Source: Patescibacteria group bacterium
GTDB lineage: Bacteria; Patescibacteriota; UBA1384; 2-12-FULL-50-11
Reading direction: 5' to 3'
NCBI GenBank assembly: GCA_038058635.1
Contig: JBBUAP010000001.1
Coordinates: forward strand, 295,877-359,876
Length of the DNA: 64,000 bases
The translations under genes were made by a program, and so were the position numbers. A model generated the notes under the pieces. The model saw nothing but the letters and a program-made list of their open reading frames with translations. It had not been told where the DNA came from and did not search any database. Shown in pieces: positions 36,796 to 46,519 of this stretch; position 1 is the first letter of the stretch, and every line of letters starts with the position of its first letter.

Positions 36796-38887
36796 CTTTT
36801 TACTAGCACTTTTTGTTCTGTTAATCTTTCCCAGCGCTGCTTTCGCTCATGATTTTCATCAAAACGAGGGCCTGTTCTTTAACGCCAACATCGGGGTTTA
36901 TCGCCAGAAATCCGTTGACCGACCGTGGCAGTTAGCTTCGTTGCCAGAGACGGCGGTGATTAAGCAGTCGGTCAGTTTCGATGAGACAATTTATTTAGTA
37001 GTTGAAGTCGGCACCAAACAGTCGCTTTGGCGCCAACAAGATCGGCCGCTGCAGTTTGGTCGATTGAGTGGCGTCGATGAGGCCGATAATATCGCCATTA
37101 AAATAGTTGGTAGTCGGTTGGTAATTTTTTCTGCCAACGGTCTGACGGCCAAGACCCAGCTACTTAATTTAGCCGGCTCTTTGGTCAGTGCCCTGCCAGC
37201 GTTAATCGAATCAGCCGACCAATTATCTCGAGTGGTTGATGTGGCTGGTGAGCTTCATTATTTCCAACCATCTGGTTCGACAGTGCTAATCTGGCGCTAC
37301 GACAGCGGCTGGATTTCGGTTAACCAGCCGTCCTGCCAGAATTCCCAAGTCTTAACCACACCGATTGTCGGTCTGTTTTGCCAAAGTGGCTCGATTATTT
37401 ACCGCCAGTCCTTCGATAACTGGTTGATATTGGCCCTCGCCTCACTGAGACGAGTTTATAGCTCTGAATCGATATTAGGGGGCTGGGATTTGGTCGACGA
37501 GCATTTGTTTCATGTTTGGTCATCTGGCCAAGTGACATCAGTTCAACTACCAACCCTAGCCGCTAACTTGACCGATCAGGTAGTTGTGGTCGGTCGTCGA
37601 ATTTTACTACATCAAATTGATGGCAATTGGTTCGAGCTGAAGTGGCAGGAAAACTTGCCGGTCATCGCCGATATTTCTGGCTCGGCTGGTGGGGCAGTCG
37701 TTGGGCCAGGTGCGGGCGAGCAACTACTGATAAACAGTCTGCCGCCGCTCTTGTCGAATGCGACCGGTAACTGGCAGACGCTGACCGTGGTCGGTCCATT
37801 TAGCTCGGCTCGCCAAACCCCGCTCGGACTATTGATTTGGAACACCGGCTCGTTGACCCAATTTGCGCCGACCGGCTCAACCGTTTTTACCAAAGTTAAT
37901 CCTTGGTCATCGACGACTTCACCAATTCAAGCCGTCGAGATCGGCGCAACTAGTTTTGTCTCGGTGATTACCCAGTCCGGAACCGGCAATGTCAATCTTT
38001 ATAAGACGACCGACTTCACCCATTGGAGCCGGATCACCCTGCCAACCAAACCAACCTTTTCGCCAACTATTCTCGAGGCTCGCGCTCTAACGGCCGGCAG
38101 TTTGGTCGAGCTGTCGGGCGTCATTACAGTTGCCCCGAAAGTAGTCGACAGCGAAGTAGTCTATTTAGAAGATGCGACCGCCGGCATCCAAGTTTATCTA
38201 AATCAAACTAGCGGCGCTTTGCCGACAACCACTAAAATCAACGCCGTTGTCACCGGCGAAGTGAGCACCAGCCAAACCAAACGAGTCTTACTCGATACGC
38301 TGGCCGATTTGGAGTTGGGAGATACGACAACCTGGACCCCGCCAACTATCAACGCCGATCAAGTCATTGATTATCAGGGTCGGTTAGTGGGGCTGAAGGG
38401 ATCGGTAACCGATATTGAGACAGATTATCTGATGCTCGGGTCTTTGAAATTGCACTTCGTCGGCGCCAAAGGAGTTTTTCAGAAGGATGACCAAGCCCAG
38501 TGGCTCTCGGTGATTGACTGGAATTCCAGTAGCGGTAAGGTCGAGGCCTGGGCGACTTCGACTAATTACCAGCTGTTGAGCCGAGTTACGCCGTCAGTAC
38601 CACCGGTCGTTAGTCCGCCGACAGTAACTAGTACAACAACTGCCAGCTCGACAGTCAAAAAAACTAACGCGGTGACGAAAAAGACGACCAGTATCTCGGC
38701 TACCAATCCGACCGTCAAAACCGTTTCTAATCAATCCCAGCCAACCGACACTCCAGTTATTATGGCCGGTGTTCAAAGCCAAAATAATAGTAACGATAGT
38801 AAAACTATTTCGATGAGTGCTGTTAGCTTGTTGGCCGGACTAGTATCTTTCCGCGGTCGAAGATTTCGTCGTTGGCTACCAAACTAG
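36782..38887 (+). CDS. large secreted/surface protein with a C-terminal TM anchor and Arg-rich tail
   Basis: Signal peptide MRKSSFLLALFVLLIFPSAAFA, about 600 aa of beta-rich sequence, a Thr/Pro linker, then SAVSLLAGLVSF-RGRRFRRW. Confidence 0.55.
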   Translation: MRKSSFLLALFVLLIFPSAAFAHDFHQNEGLFFNANIGVYRQKSVDRPWQLASLPETAVIKQSVSFDETIYLVVEVGTKQSLWRQQDRPLQFGRLSGVDEADNIAIKIVGSRLVIFSANGLTAKTQLLNLAGSLVSALPALIESADQLSRVVDVAGELHYFQPSGSTVLIWRYDSGWISVNQPSCQNSQVLTTPIVGLFCQSGSIIYRQSFDNWLILALASLRRVYSSESILGGWDLVDEHLFHVWSSGQVTSVQLPTLAANLTDQVVVVGRRILLHQIDGNWFELKWQENLPVIADISGSAGGAVVGPGAGEQLLINSLPPLLSNATGNWQTLTVVGPFSSARQTPLGLLIWNTGSLTQFAPTGSTVFTKVNPWSSTTSPIQAVEIGATSFVSVITQSGTGNVNLYKTTDFTHWSRITLPTKPTFSPTILEARALTAGSLVELSGVITVAPKVVDSEVVYLEDATAGIQVYLNQTSGALPTTTKINAVVTGEVSTSQTKRVLLDTLADLELGDTTTWTPPTINADQVIDYQGRLVGLKGSVTDIETDYLMLGSLKLHFVGAKGVFQKDDQAQWLSVIDWNSSSGKVEAWATSTNYQLLSRVTPSVPPVVSPPTVTSTTTASSTVKKTNAVTKKTTSISATNPTVKTVSNQSQPTDTPVIMAGVQSQNNSNDSKTISMSAVSLLAGLVSFRGRRFRRWLPN

Positions 38888-38891
38888 ATAC

Positions 38892-40046
38892 CTAAACAAT
38901 CGGATTGGTCGGGACGGCTTCGGTCGAGTGAGCCAGAAGATTAAAGACAGAGCCAACGCCTAGGAGGCAGAAAATAAAGCTGATGAAGGCGCCGATAATT
39001 GGTACGAATATCAGGAGCGCGCTAACCACTACTCCCAGCGCCACTGTCCCAATCGTCAGTTGGTAACCCGCCTCGCGCTTGAACAATCGATAGAGCCAAC
39101 TACCGAGCATTATCTTGCCGATGATCGAGCCGATCATCAGGGTTAAGAGCCAAACGACGAACACGATCCCGGCCAACCCGATGCCAACAATACTCATGGC
39201 CAAAACTATCACGGCGAAGATTGTTACAAGCATTGCGATCAAGCCGTAACCAATCGCCGACAGCGGGGAGCCGAAAGCAAAGTCGGCCACTTGACGCGTG
39301 GTTCGCGGCCAGAAACGGATGATTAACCATCCTAACAAGATGGCGCCAAGTATTCGCAGGAGATATCCAAGCGTAAAGGCAGTGCCGAAGAGAAAGCCAT
39401 ACTTATCAAATTGCGAGGCCTGGTATTGGGTGTAATTGGTTTGACCGGTCACAACGGCGCCGGTTTCGATTGAGGCCGACTTGTTCGATCGGTAATTAAA
39501 GTCGCCGTTAACCTTGGCTTTACTAGTCAGTCGGATATTGTCGGCGTGAATATTGGACGAGCCAACCGACCCTTCAAGGACGACCGAACCAGCAGTAATT
39601 TTCAATTCACCAACAATCTTACCGTTAATGGTGACAGTGCCGCTAGCTACATAAAGACCGCCCATAATCTCGGCCGAATCGGCGATAATTACATCCCCAC
39701 CAGCGATATAGACATCGCCCTCAACCTTGCCCGACAAGGTGACAGTCCCACCGGCAATTCTGACATGGCGCAAAACATGACTTCGAACCGTCACAGTGTC
39801 GCCAGCGATGAACAAGCTGTTGTCTACTTCGCCGTTAGCTAAAATCGTTTGACCGACGATCAATAAATCGCCCTTAATTTTGGCATCGGTGATAATATTC
39901 TTACCAGCCAAATGGAGATCTGTCGGTGTTTCCGTTTCATGGATAACAACCGATTCTTGGTTGGACCGAAATTCGGCTGCCTCGGCCGGCAAGATGAAGG
40001 CCCCAATCAGTAATCCAATGGCTAAAAGGCGCCAAATTGTTTTCAT
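38892..40046 (-). CDS. bactofilin-like beta-helix repeat domain fused to a polytopic membrane domain
   Basis: Signal peptide, repeated G-x-V/I-x-G-D-V motifs as in bactofilin / DUF583, then about 6 TM helices. Confidence 0.5.
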   Translation of the reverse strand: MKTIWRLLAIGLLIGAFILPAEAAEFRSNQESVVIHETETPTDLHLAGKNIITDAKIKGDLLIVGQTILANGEVDNSLFIAGDTVTVRSHVLRHVRIAGGTVTLSGKVEGDVYIAGGDVIIADSAEIMGGLYVASGTVTINGKIVGELKITAGSVVLEGSVGSSNIHADNIRLTSKAKVNGDFNYRSNKSASIETGAVVTGQTNYTQYQASQFDKYGFLFGTAFTLGYLLRILGAILLGWLIIRFWPRTTRQVADFAFGSPLSAIGYGLIAMLVTIFAVIVLAMSIVGIGLAGIVFVVWLLTLMIGSIIGKIMLGSWLYRLFKREAGYQLTIGTVALGVVVSALLIFVPIIGAFISFIFCLLGVGSVFNLLAHSTEAVPTNPIV

Positions 40047-40111
40047 GCTTTTATCATATTCTTTTTGCCCCGAGTGGCAAGAGGGTTCTTTTCAGGTATA
40101 TTGAGCAAATC

Positions 40112-41038
40112 ATGGAGTTTTCCCGACAGGTTGTCTTAGAGCCGAGAGATATTTGGTGGGAGGAGGGCGGAGTTTTTAATCCGGCGGCCGTGGAGCTCGG
40201 CGGAAAAATCCACATGCTCTACCGGGCGGTTGGCAGTGATCACATCTCCAGATTCGGGTTGGCCATTTCGGAAGACGGCGAAACTTTTACCCGTTTCGAC
40301 CAACCGATTTTCGAAGGCGACCCCAACAACCCTTTTGAACGATTGGGGGTTAAAGACCCACGCGCCACCGTCATTGGCCGAGATATTTTTATTACTTACA
40401 CCGCCGTCTCAATTTACGAGGCCGGTACTAAACCAATCAACCAACCGCCTGATCCAACCCACACACCATGGAGAACCAGAGTCAGTATTCTCAAAACCCG
40501 AGATATGCGTTCCTTCCAAAAGCTAGGGGTCGTTCTGCCAGATATCGACAGCAAAGATGCCGTGATCGTGCCAGAGCGTCACCTCGGATTTTACTGGCTA
40601 ATCCACCGGGTAGACCCGAGTATTTTTATTGCTCGATCGCGAGATTTGAAAAAATGGGAAGGCAGCATCGAAATGATGACCGCCAAAGAACCCTGGGAGC
40701 AACTGAAAATTGGAGCCGCCTGTCCGCCGATTGAGGTTGAGGGCGGTTGGCTCCTGCTTTATCACGGCGTTTCATCAAATTACACCTATTCGGTCGGCGC
40801 CGCCCTACTGGCCCGCGAAAATCCGGCCGTTGTATTAAAGCGGGCCAAACACCCAATTATGTCACCACATTTTGATTGGGAGAAGCGTGGCGTGGTCAGT
40901 AATGTCGTTTTTCCGACCGGCGCGATTGTCAGTCACGGCAAAATCCATTTATATTATGGCGGGGCCGACAAAGTCGTTGGTTTGGCGAAGATTCCTCTTG
41001 AGAACATAATGCAGGCCCTAGAGCCTGACAACATCTAA
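40112..41038 (+). CDS. GH130 / DUF377-family glycoside hydrolase or phosphorylase (5-bladed beta-propeller)
   Basis: Motifs GGVFNPAAVELGGKIHMLYRAVG and LLYHGV, typical of the GH130 / PH1107-related glycosidases. Confidence 0.6.
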   Translation: MEFSRQVVLEPRDIWWEEGGVFNPAAVELGGKIHMLYRAVGSDHISRFGLAISEDGETFTRFDQPIFEGDPNNPFERLGVKDPRATVIGRDIFITYTAVSIYEAGTKPINQPPDPTHTPWRTRVSILKTRDMRSFQKLGVVLPDIDSKDAVIVPERHLGFYWLIHRVDPSIFIARSRDLKKWEGSIEMMTAKEPWEQLKIGAACPPIEVEGGWLLLYHGVSSNYTYSVGAALLARENPAVVLKRAKHPIMSPHFDWEKRGVVSNVVFPTGAIVSHGKIHLYYGGADKVVGLAKIPLENIMQALEPDNI

Positions 41039-41057
41039 TGCCGAGGAAAAACATTCC

Positions 41058-41173
41058 CATTTCGAGCGAAAACCACGAAGACCGACGAACCGTATCGGGA
41101 TACGGTGAGGAGAGATGTCGTTTAACTCGTCTCTCACTAACCAGTTCGAGATGAGTGATTTGCAGCCGAAATC
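41058..41173 (+). repeat. roughly 120-nt intergenic element, copy B
   Basis: Same conserved 5' and 3' termini as 18140-18262. Its internal hairpins (CCGTATCGGGATACGG and GAGAGA..TCTCTC) differ in sequence. Confidence 0.5.
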
Positions 41174-41230
41174 GGGGGATGTTTTAACCGGCAAGCAGCA
41201 TTGTTTTAGTTTGGATGTTGCGGTTAGATT

Positions 41231-41557
41231 TTGTCAGGATCTAAGATGAGACTTAACTTCTCGCTGGTGACCGACCGTTATCAACAGCTAGCCAACAAAC
41301 GCCGGTTTTGGTGGGTGATCAGCACACTAGTTTTGGTCGGTTTATTTTGGTTGGCGCGAGTCGCCGAACCAACTAGTTTGATAGTCTACCAGCAACTAGT
41401 CGTTCTCTACGCGATCGATAGCGTACTCTTCTTTTTGACCGACCGCACCAATGCTAAGATGGGTGTGTTGACCTTAATTTTTCTAACCACCATGGAGGTG
41501 ATTGTGACTATATTCTACCTAATTAGCCTAACTGCCGGACCCCCAATTCTAATATGA
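41231..41557 (+). CDS. small membrane protein (3 TM)
   Basis: 108 aa, hydrophobic. Its end overlaps the downstream GT2 gene. Confidence 0.4.
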   Translation: MSGSKMRLNFSLVTDRYQQLANKRRFWWVISTLVLVGLFWLARVAEPTSLIVYQQLVVLYAIDSVLFFLTDRTNAKMGVLTLIFLTTMEVIVTIFYLISLTAGPPILI

Positions 41558-43065
41558 GTTTGAGCAGAAGGGCTTGGGAGATAATCCCCGGCCTAACAAC
41601 TTGGGTAACGATCGTTGGCTTACTATTGTTAGTCCGAATCTCTCCACATTTTGTTGCTACCTTCGTTCTGCTCTACGCAGTCTACTGGGTGGTGCGGATT
41701 ATTATTATGACTAGCTATCTAATAGCGGGTTTCTTTCGTTACCGTCGCGAACAGAAAATGGATTGGCAGGTACGCCTGAAGTCAGACTTTCCTGATCGCT
41801 GGGAAAAAATTTACCACTTAGCTTTTGTCCCTACCTATAAGGAAGATATCTCTATTTTGCGACATACTCTCGGAGCAATAAAAAATAGTAACTATCCGTG
41901 CGAAAAGTTAATCGTGGTTGTGGCCTTTGAGGAAAGAGAGAAGGAATTAGCCCCCGGATATGCGAAGACAATTTTGCACGAATTCGAACATGCATTTGGA
42001 GGATTACTAACAACTTTCCACCCCAGCGATATCCCAGGCGAAGTTCGAGGCAAGGGGCCAAACATCACTTGGGCAGCTAGGAGAGCCCTAGAGTACATAG
42101 ATAGTAAAAAAATTGGTCGTGACGATGTAGTGGTAACTACCTTAGACGCCGATAACAGAGTTGATAAAAACTATTTTGGCAATGTCTCTTGGGCGTTTTT
42201 GAAGGATCCTGATCCGCACCACAAGAGTTTTCAGCCCCTGCCGATGTTCTTCAATAACGTCTGGCAAGTTCCTTTGGCCGTAAAAATGACGGCGATGGGA
42301 TCTAGTTTCTGGCAGATGATCCAGGCAATGAGACCGCATCACGCTCGCAATTTTTCTGCCCACTCCCAAAGTCTAAAGGCCTTGGTCGAAACAGATTTTT
42401 GGTCTGTCGAAACAATTGTTGAGGATGGCCACCAGTACTGGCGGTCGTACTTTAAATTTAACGGTAACCATCACATTGTGCCGATCTTTGTACCGGTCTA
42501 TATGGACGCCGTTCAGGGCGAAAATATGTACCAGACTTTTCGCGAACAGTATATCCAGCGCCGTCGATGGTTTTGGGGGGTATCTGACGTACCGTATGTT
42601 TTTTCTCGTTCCTTTAGAAATGGCTCGATTCCATTTTTCTACAAATGGCTCCAGTTCGGTCGGTTATTTGAATCGCACTGGAGTTTGGCAACACAATCTT
42701 TTATTCTACTAATTGGTTGGTTGCCGGCAGTGCTAAATGTTAGTTTCCAAAACTCTGTCTTGGGCTACAATTTCCCGATCGTCTACCGAGGATTTTTGCT
42801 GGCTGCATGGATTGGAATGATCGCCAGTATGGCTATCGCCTCGCTGATTGTCCCACCCCGACCAGGCAGTCGAGCTCGCTACATCTTAACACTGGCAAAG
42901 GAGTGGATACTCGCACCGATCCTGCTGAGCGTGACGGCGATAGTTTTCTCTGCGCTACCGGCGATCGACTCACAAACTCGAATGATGTTTAACAAACCGT
43001 TCACCGTATTCAACGTCACTAAAAAATTTGCTGTGCCAAGCGGTGTAGTTCGTGTCGAGACCTAG
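41554..43065 (+). CDS. processive GT2 glycosyltransferase (cellulose-synthase-like, membrane-embedded)
   Basis: DxD motif TLDADN and a QRRRW (QxxRW) motif. TM helices lie at both ends. Confidence 0.7.
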   Translation: MSLSRRAWEIIPGLTTWVTIVGLLLLVRISPHFVATFVLLYAVYWVVRIIIMTSYLIAGFFRYRREQKMDWQVRLKSDFPDRWEKIYHLAFVPTYKEDISILRHTLGAIKNSNYPCEKLIVVVAFEEREKELAPGYAKTILHEFEHAFGGLLTTFHPSDIPGEVRGKGPNITWAARRALEYIDSKKIGRDDVVVTTLDADNRVDKNYFGNVSWAFLKDPDPHHKSFQPLPMFFNNVWQVPLAVKMTAMGSSFWQMIQAMRPHHARNFSAHSQSLKALVETDFWSVETIVEDGHQYWRSYFKFNGNHHIVPIFVPVYMDAVQGENMYQTFREQYIQRRRWFWGVSDVPYVFSRSFRNGSIPFFYKWLQFGRLFESHWSLATQSFILLIGWLPAVLNVSFQNSVLGYNFPIVYRGFLLAAWIGMIASMAIASLIVPPRPGSRARYILTLAKEWILAPILLSVTAIVFSALPAIDSQTRMMFNKPFTVFNVTKKFAVPSGVVRVET

Positions 43066-43415
43066 TCAAAAGTCCAGCGTTTATTAGCTAGGAAATTCCA
43101 GAAAAAGACAACAAATATCGCCAGAAGTTTTGCGACTTTAAAATTCCAGTCAAAACTATCCGACAGAACGACAACGATAAGGTCGTTTAGTATCAAACCG
43201 ACAATAGCCAGCGTGATAAATCTGTAGAATTTGTTCCAGGTTAATTTTTGTTCGAAGGTCCAGAACGAATTAAATAAATAGTTGTTAACCGCTCCGACGA
43301 GAAATCCAGCGGTTGACGCCCAGATAAGTACCCAGCCAAAGGTTTGGTGGGTGACTATAAGAATTGTGTAGTCAAGCGCGGTTCCTATCACTCCAACACC
43401 AGCGAACCTCAGCAA
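43062..43415 (-). CDS. GtrA-family flippase-like membrane protein
   Basis: 117 aa with 4 TM helices and a GtrA-like layout. Confidence 0.65.
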   Translation of the reverse strand: MLRFAGVGVIGTALDYTILIVTHQTFGWVLIWASTAGFLVGAVNNYLFNSFWTFEQKLTWNKFYRFITLAIVGLILNDLIVVVLSDSFDWNFKVAKLLAIFVVFFWNFLANKRWTFD

Positions 43416-44170
43416 TAATCCGGCGTCCGACAGCCCGCTTTTTTGTAGCGGCCAAGCAGGGAGTTCCTTTTTATTGCCATCAGCTCAAACAGCGTTTTGA
43501 TAAACACCCGACTAGACTGGATCCTGGACTGTTCGTCGTTCTGCCAAGTTATTGGCACCTCTTTTATTTTGTAGCCGTGTTCTTTGGCAATACGCAATAT
43601 TTCCATATCGAAACCCCACCGCCAGATAGTTTGTAGCGCGAATATCTCCTGGGCGGCTCGGCGACTAAAAAGCTTGAAACCACACTGGGTGTCGTGAAGT
43701 CCAGGTAAGACTAGGAGCTGGACAAGGAGATTGCCCAATCGTCCCATCGCGATGCGGGGCACTCCCTGACGGATGGTGATGCGGCTGTCTTTGAGATATC
43801 TCGAGCCAATGATGACTTGATGACTGTCCGTCTGTCGGTGGAGATGCTCGAATTGATTAATTGGCGTTGAGTTGTCGGCGTCAGTAAATAATATCCACTC
43901 ACCTCGGGCGTTTTTCACCCCAAAGTTGACGGCATAGCCCTTGCCACGGTTGGTGCCGTAATTAATAACACGGCAATTTGGAAGATGGAGGCCTTCTACC
44001 ACTGTGGTGGTCTTGTCGCGGCTGCCATCATCAACTACTAAAATTTCGTACGTCTTTTTCCGCTCGTCAAAATATGCGGCAATTTCTTTGAGGGTTTTAG
44101 CGATCCTTTCCGCCTCGTTATAGGCCGGGACAACTACTGAGATCAGTGGAGATTCTATACCCATAGTCAA
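43409..44170 (-). CDS. GT2 polyprenol-phosphate glycosyltransferase (DPM1/Ppm1-like)
   Basis: N-terminal motifs ISVVVPAYNEAERI and VVDDGSRD, and a TDADNS motif. No TM helix. Confidence 0.75.
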   Translation of the reverse strand: MTMGIESPLISVVVPAYNEAERIAKTLKEIAAYFDERKKTYEILVVDDGSRDKTTTVVEGLHLPNCRVINYGTNRGKGYAVNFGVKNARGEWILFTDADNSTPINQFEHLHRQTDSHQVIIGSRYLKDSRITIRQGVPRIAMGRLGNLLVQLLVLPGLHDTQCGFKLFSRRAAQEIFALQTIWRWGFDMEILRIAKEHGYKIKEVPITWQNDEQSRIQSSRVFIKTLFELMAIKRNSLLGRYKKAGCRTPDYC

Positions 44171-45819
44171 TTCGTCAACCAGCAGCTAAAAAGCCCTGGG
44201 GCAATTTTCTCCAGGTCGATACAGTGCTCATTAAATGGAGGGAAGTTGTAAGCAGTGGCACCAAAGATTGCTAGTCCAGTCATTCCGGGTTGCCAATTTT
44301 CGATACTCTGGTAATTTTCCGCTCCAAGGTAGTAATCAAGCGATGACCTCCCCGCCCAGCTATAGTCAACGTAGGGCTTTTCGTTCGGGTGAGCGTCTAC
44401 GTATATTTTTATCCGCTTCAAGTCCTGTCCCCAGTCTAAGTTGGAGTCGGTGGCAATTTTATAACCATTTTTCGATCCACCAGCCAGTTCATTGAAGTAC
44501 CCCAGGTAGGTTGGGTAACTAAGTACAGAGGTGGCTAATAGCCAAGCGAGGAGCGCGAAAGTAGCCGTTCTAAATCGCTGATCAACTGTTACAGCCCAAG
44601 CACTCGCAAGAGTAAGTAGGGGGAAGATTGGCAAGATATGACGGACGCCTAGATTGGCCTTCGAGTCCATCGCTACTAGTAGGAAGACAGCCCCACTTGC
44701 TACCAGACCGATCACCAGGCTGGATCGCGGTTGTCTGGCGACAATTAAGTATGCCGCTCCGCCAAAAATAATCAGCATCGCTAATGGCGTTTTGAGCAGA
44801 AACAGAATCGGGAAGTAGTACCACCAACCAGTCAGCGATTCTTGGCCCAGTAGATATGAGATGTGACCATCGGAAGCGTGATCGATAACCAGAGACAGTC
44901 CTTTTAGGTAGTTTGCCGGCAAGAGTCTTGAAATCGAGCGACTCAGAGTATCGTCAGGGTCCATCTTTGGATCTGTGATCACAACAGGGTCGGGATTACT
45001 TGTCCTGACCATTTTATAGCCGCTCACATTATCGTGGAAACCAAACCCTGCCCAGACCAACGCCCAAACTAGTAATAAACCAACAGCGGATTTGAGTAAG
45101 ACCTGCCGCCAGTCAAACCCTCGCCGCTGTTGGATTAGTGATATCGCAAGCAGCACCAAGAAAGTCGGCAGTAAGATAATCGCCGTATGTTTTACGAGTA
45201 AGCTGAATCCGAAAGCTAGCGCCCAGAGTAAACTCCAGCGCCAAGTCGGTCGTTCAAGCAACTGCCAGAAGCTATAAACTGAGAGTAGGAAACCAAGACT
45301 GATAGCGATGTCGGTAGTTATCAGGTGGCCATGTCCGTTAACTATCGGGTTGAGGGTGTAGAGTGCGGTGGCCGTCAGGGCTGCCGTTGCCCCCCAATGC
45401 TTATATGCAATCCAAAAGATTACCAGACCAAGTAGAAGCGTTAATGCTACCATCGGCATCCGACCCCAAAACAATAGTTGGTCAGGGTTATTGCCGGCCT
45501 TATAGAGCATCGCCTCGCCGAAGGCCCGGTTTTCTTTCCAGGAGTCATAGGATAGATCGCTAGACTTGGCCCAAGCGTCCTCCATTTCGGTTGTTACATG
45601 TGGCTTGATTGCTAACAGAGGCAAAGCAGCCAATATCTTTACTAACGGAGGATGCTCAGGATTAAAACGCCAGTCACCGCGTGTTAGGTAGGTATATCCA
45701 GCAGATAAATGGACAGCTTCGTCGGTAGTTTGAGAATCTGTATCGGCTAGCTTAACCTGGATAATTGTTTGGATGACGAGAAGCAATAGCGCGCCGATTG
45801 CTAGCCATCGCTTCACCAT
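44167..45819 (-). CDS. GT-C glycosyltransferase, family 39/83 (ArnT/PMT-like)
   Basis: N-terminal loop motif DEAVHLSAGYTY...NPEHPPLVK (the DE motif of PMT/ArnT) and about 12 TM helices. Confidence 0.75.
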   Translation of the reverse strand: MVKRWLAIGALLLLVIQTIIQVKLADTDSQTTDEAVHLSAGYTYLTRGDWRFNPEHPPLVKILAALPLLAIKPHVTTEMEDAWAKSSDLSYDSWKENRAFGEAMLYKAGNNPDQLLFWGRMPMVALTLLLGLVIFWIAYKHWGATAALTATALYTLNPIVNGHGHLITTDIAISLGFLLSVYSFWQLLERPTWRWSLLWALAFGFSLLVKHTAIILLPTFLVLLAISLIQQRRGFDWRQVLLKSAVGLLLVWALVWAGFGFHDNVSGYKMVRTSNPDPVVITDPKMDPDDTLSRSISRLLPANYLKGLSLVIDHASDGHISYLLGQESLTGWWYYFPILFLLKTPLAMLIIFGGAAYLIVARQPRSSLVIGLVASGAVFLLVAMDSKANLGVRHILPIFPLLTLASAWAVTVDQRFRTATFALLAWLLATSVLSYPTYLGYFNELAGGSKNGYKIATDSNLDWGQDLKRIKIYVDAHPNEKPYVDYSWAGRSSLDYYLGAENYQSIENWQPGMTGLAIFGATAYNFPPFNEHCIDLEKIAPGLFSCWLTN

Positions 45820-45821
45820 TG

Positions 45822-46421
45822 TTAGTTGTTCTTGGAGTTGGTGACGAAAGCGTTTTGGGAGCAGAGAGTTGGGTTAGTCGAAAAGTCTTGGGCAATACAG
45901 AATAGACGGAGAAAGCCATCACGTTCATACTCGTCTACTAACTGGGAGATCGGGCCGATGTAATTAATGTTTTGGGTGCGTTCCATCCGTGCCATAAGAT
46001 AAAAACCGGTTTTACTGGAGTCTTTGGGGAGGCCGTAGTAGAGATATTGGCCGAAGGCGCTGGGGGCGCAGTCGCCGCTATTGATACTAAATTTGGCTGA
46101 AGGATCTTGAGGAATATTATCTAAATATTTTGGTGCTAAATATTTCCAAACTCCAGGGCTTTGACAACCATAATTGGCCTCCAACTGCCATGATGCTTGA
46201 GGTAAGTTTCTGCCATCTCTGCTGTCGAATAGCGGGTATTCTCGATTATCCAGGTAGAACTGTTCCAAGCCGTTGCGGATAAATTGCAAATCAGTAATTC
46301 GCTGGCTATCGCGTGATCGCGTTAGGGACGCGGCGTATGTATAGGCTCCTATCGACGCCAAAATTCCGATTATCGCCATAACAGTTAGAACTTCAATCAA
46401 TGTAAAACCTCGCAACCTCAT
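45822..46421 (-). CDS. type IV pilin / pseudopilin (prepilin-type N-terminal cleavage-methylation domain)
   Basis: N-terminus MRLRGFTLIEVLTVMAIIGILASIGA. A G|FTLIE cleavage motif followed by a hydrophobic helix. Confidence 0.8.
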   Translation of the reverse strand: MRLRGFTLIEVLTVMAIIGILASIGAYTYAASLTRSRDSQRITDLQFIRNGLEQFYLDNREYPLFDSRDGRNLPQASWQLEANYGCQSPGVWKYLAPKYLDNIPQDPSAKFSINSGDCAPSAFGQYLYYGLPKDSSKTGFYLMARMERTQNINYIGPISQLVDEYERDGFLRLFCIAQDFSTNPTLCSQNAFVTNSKNN

Positions 46422-46519
46422 CTCTTATAGATTACCGATTTTTTTGGTATTTGAAAATCAATCATAGAGAGGCAAGAAAATCCGTAAATTAGCAAACGCA
46501 ACTTTGGTGCTTGACTTGC

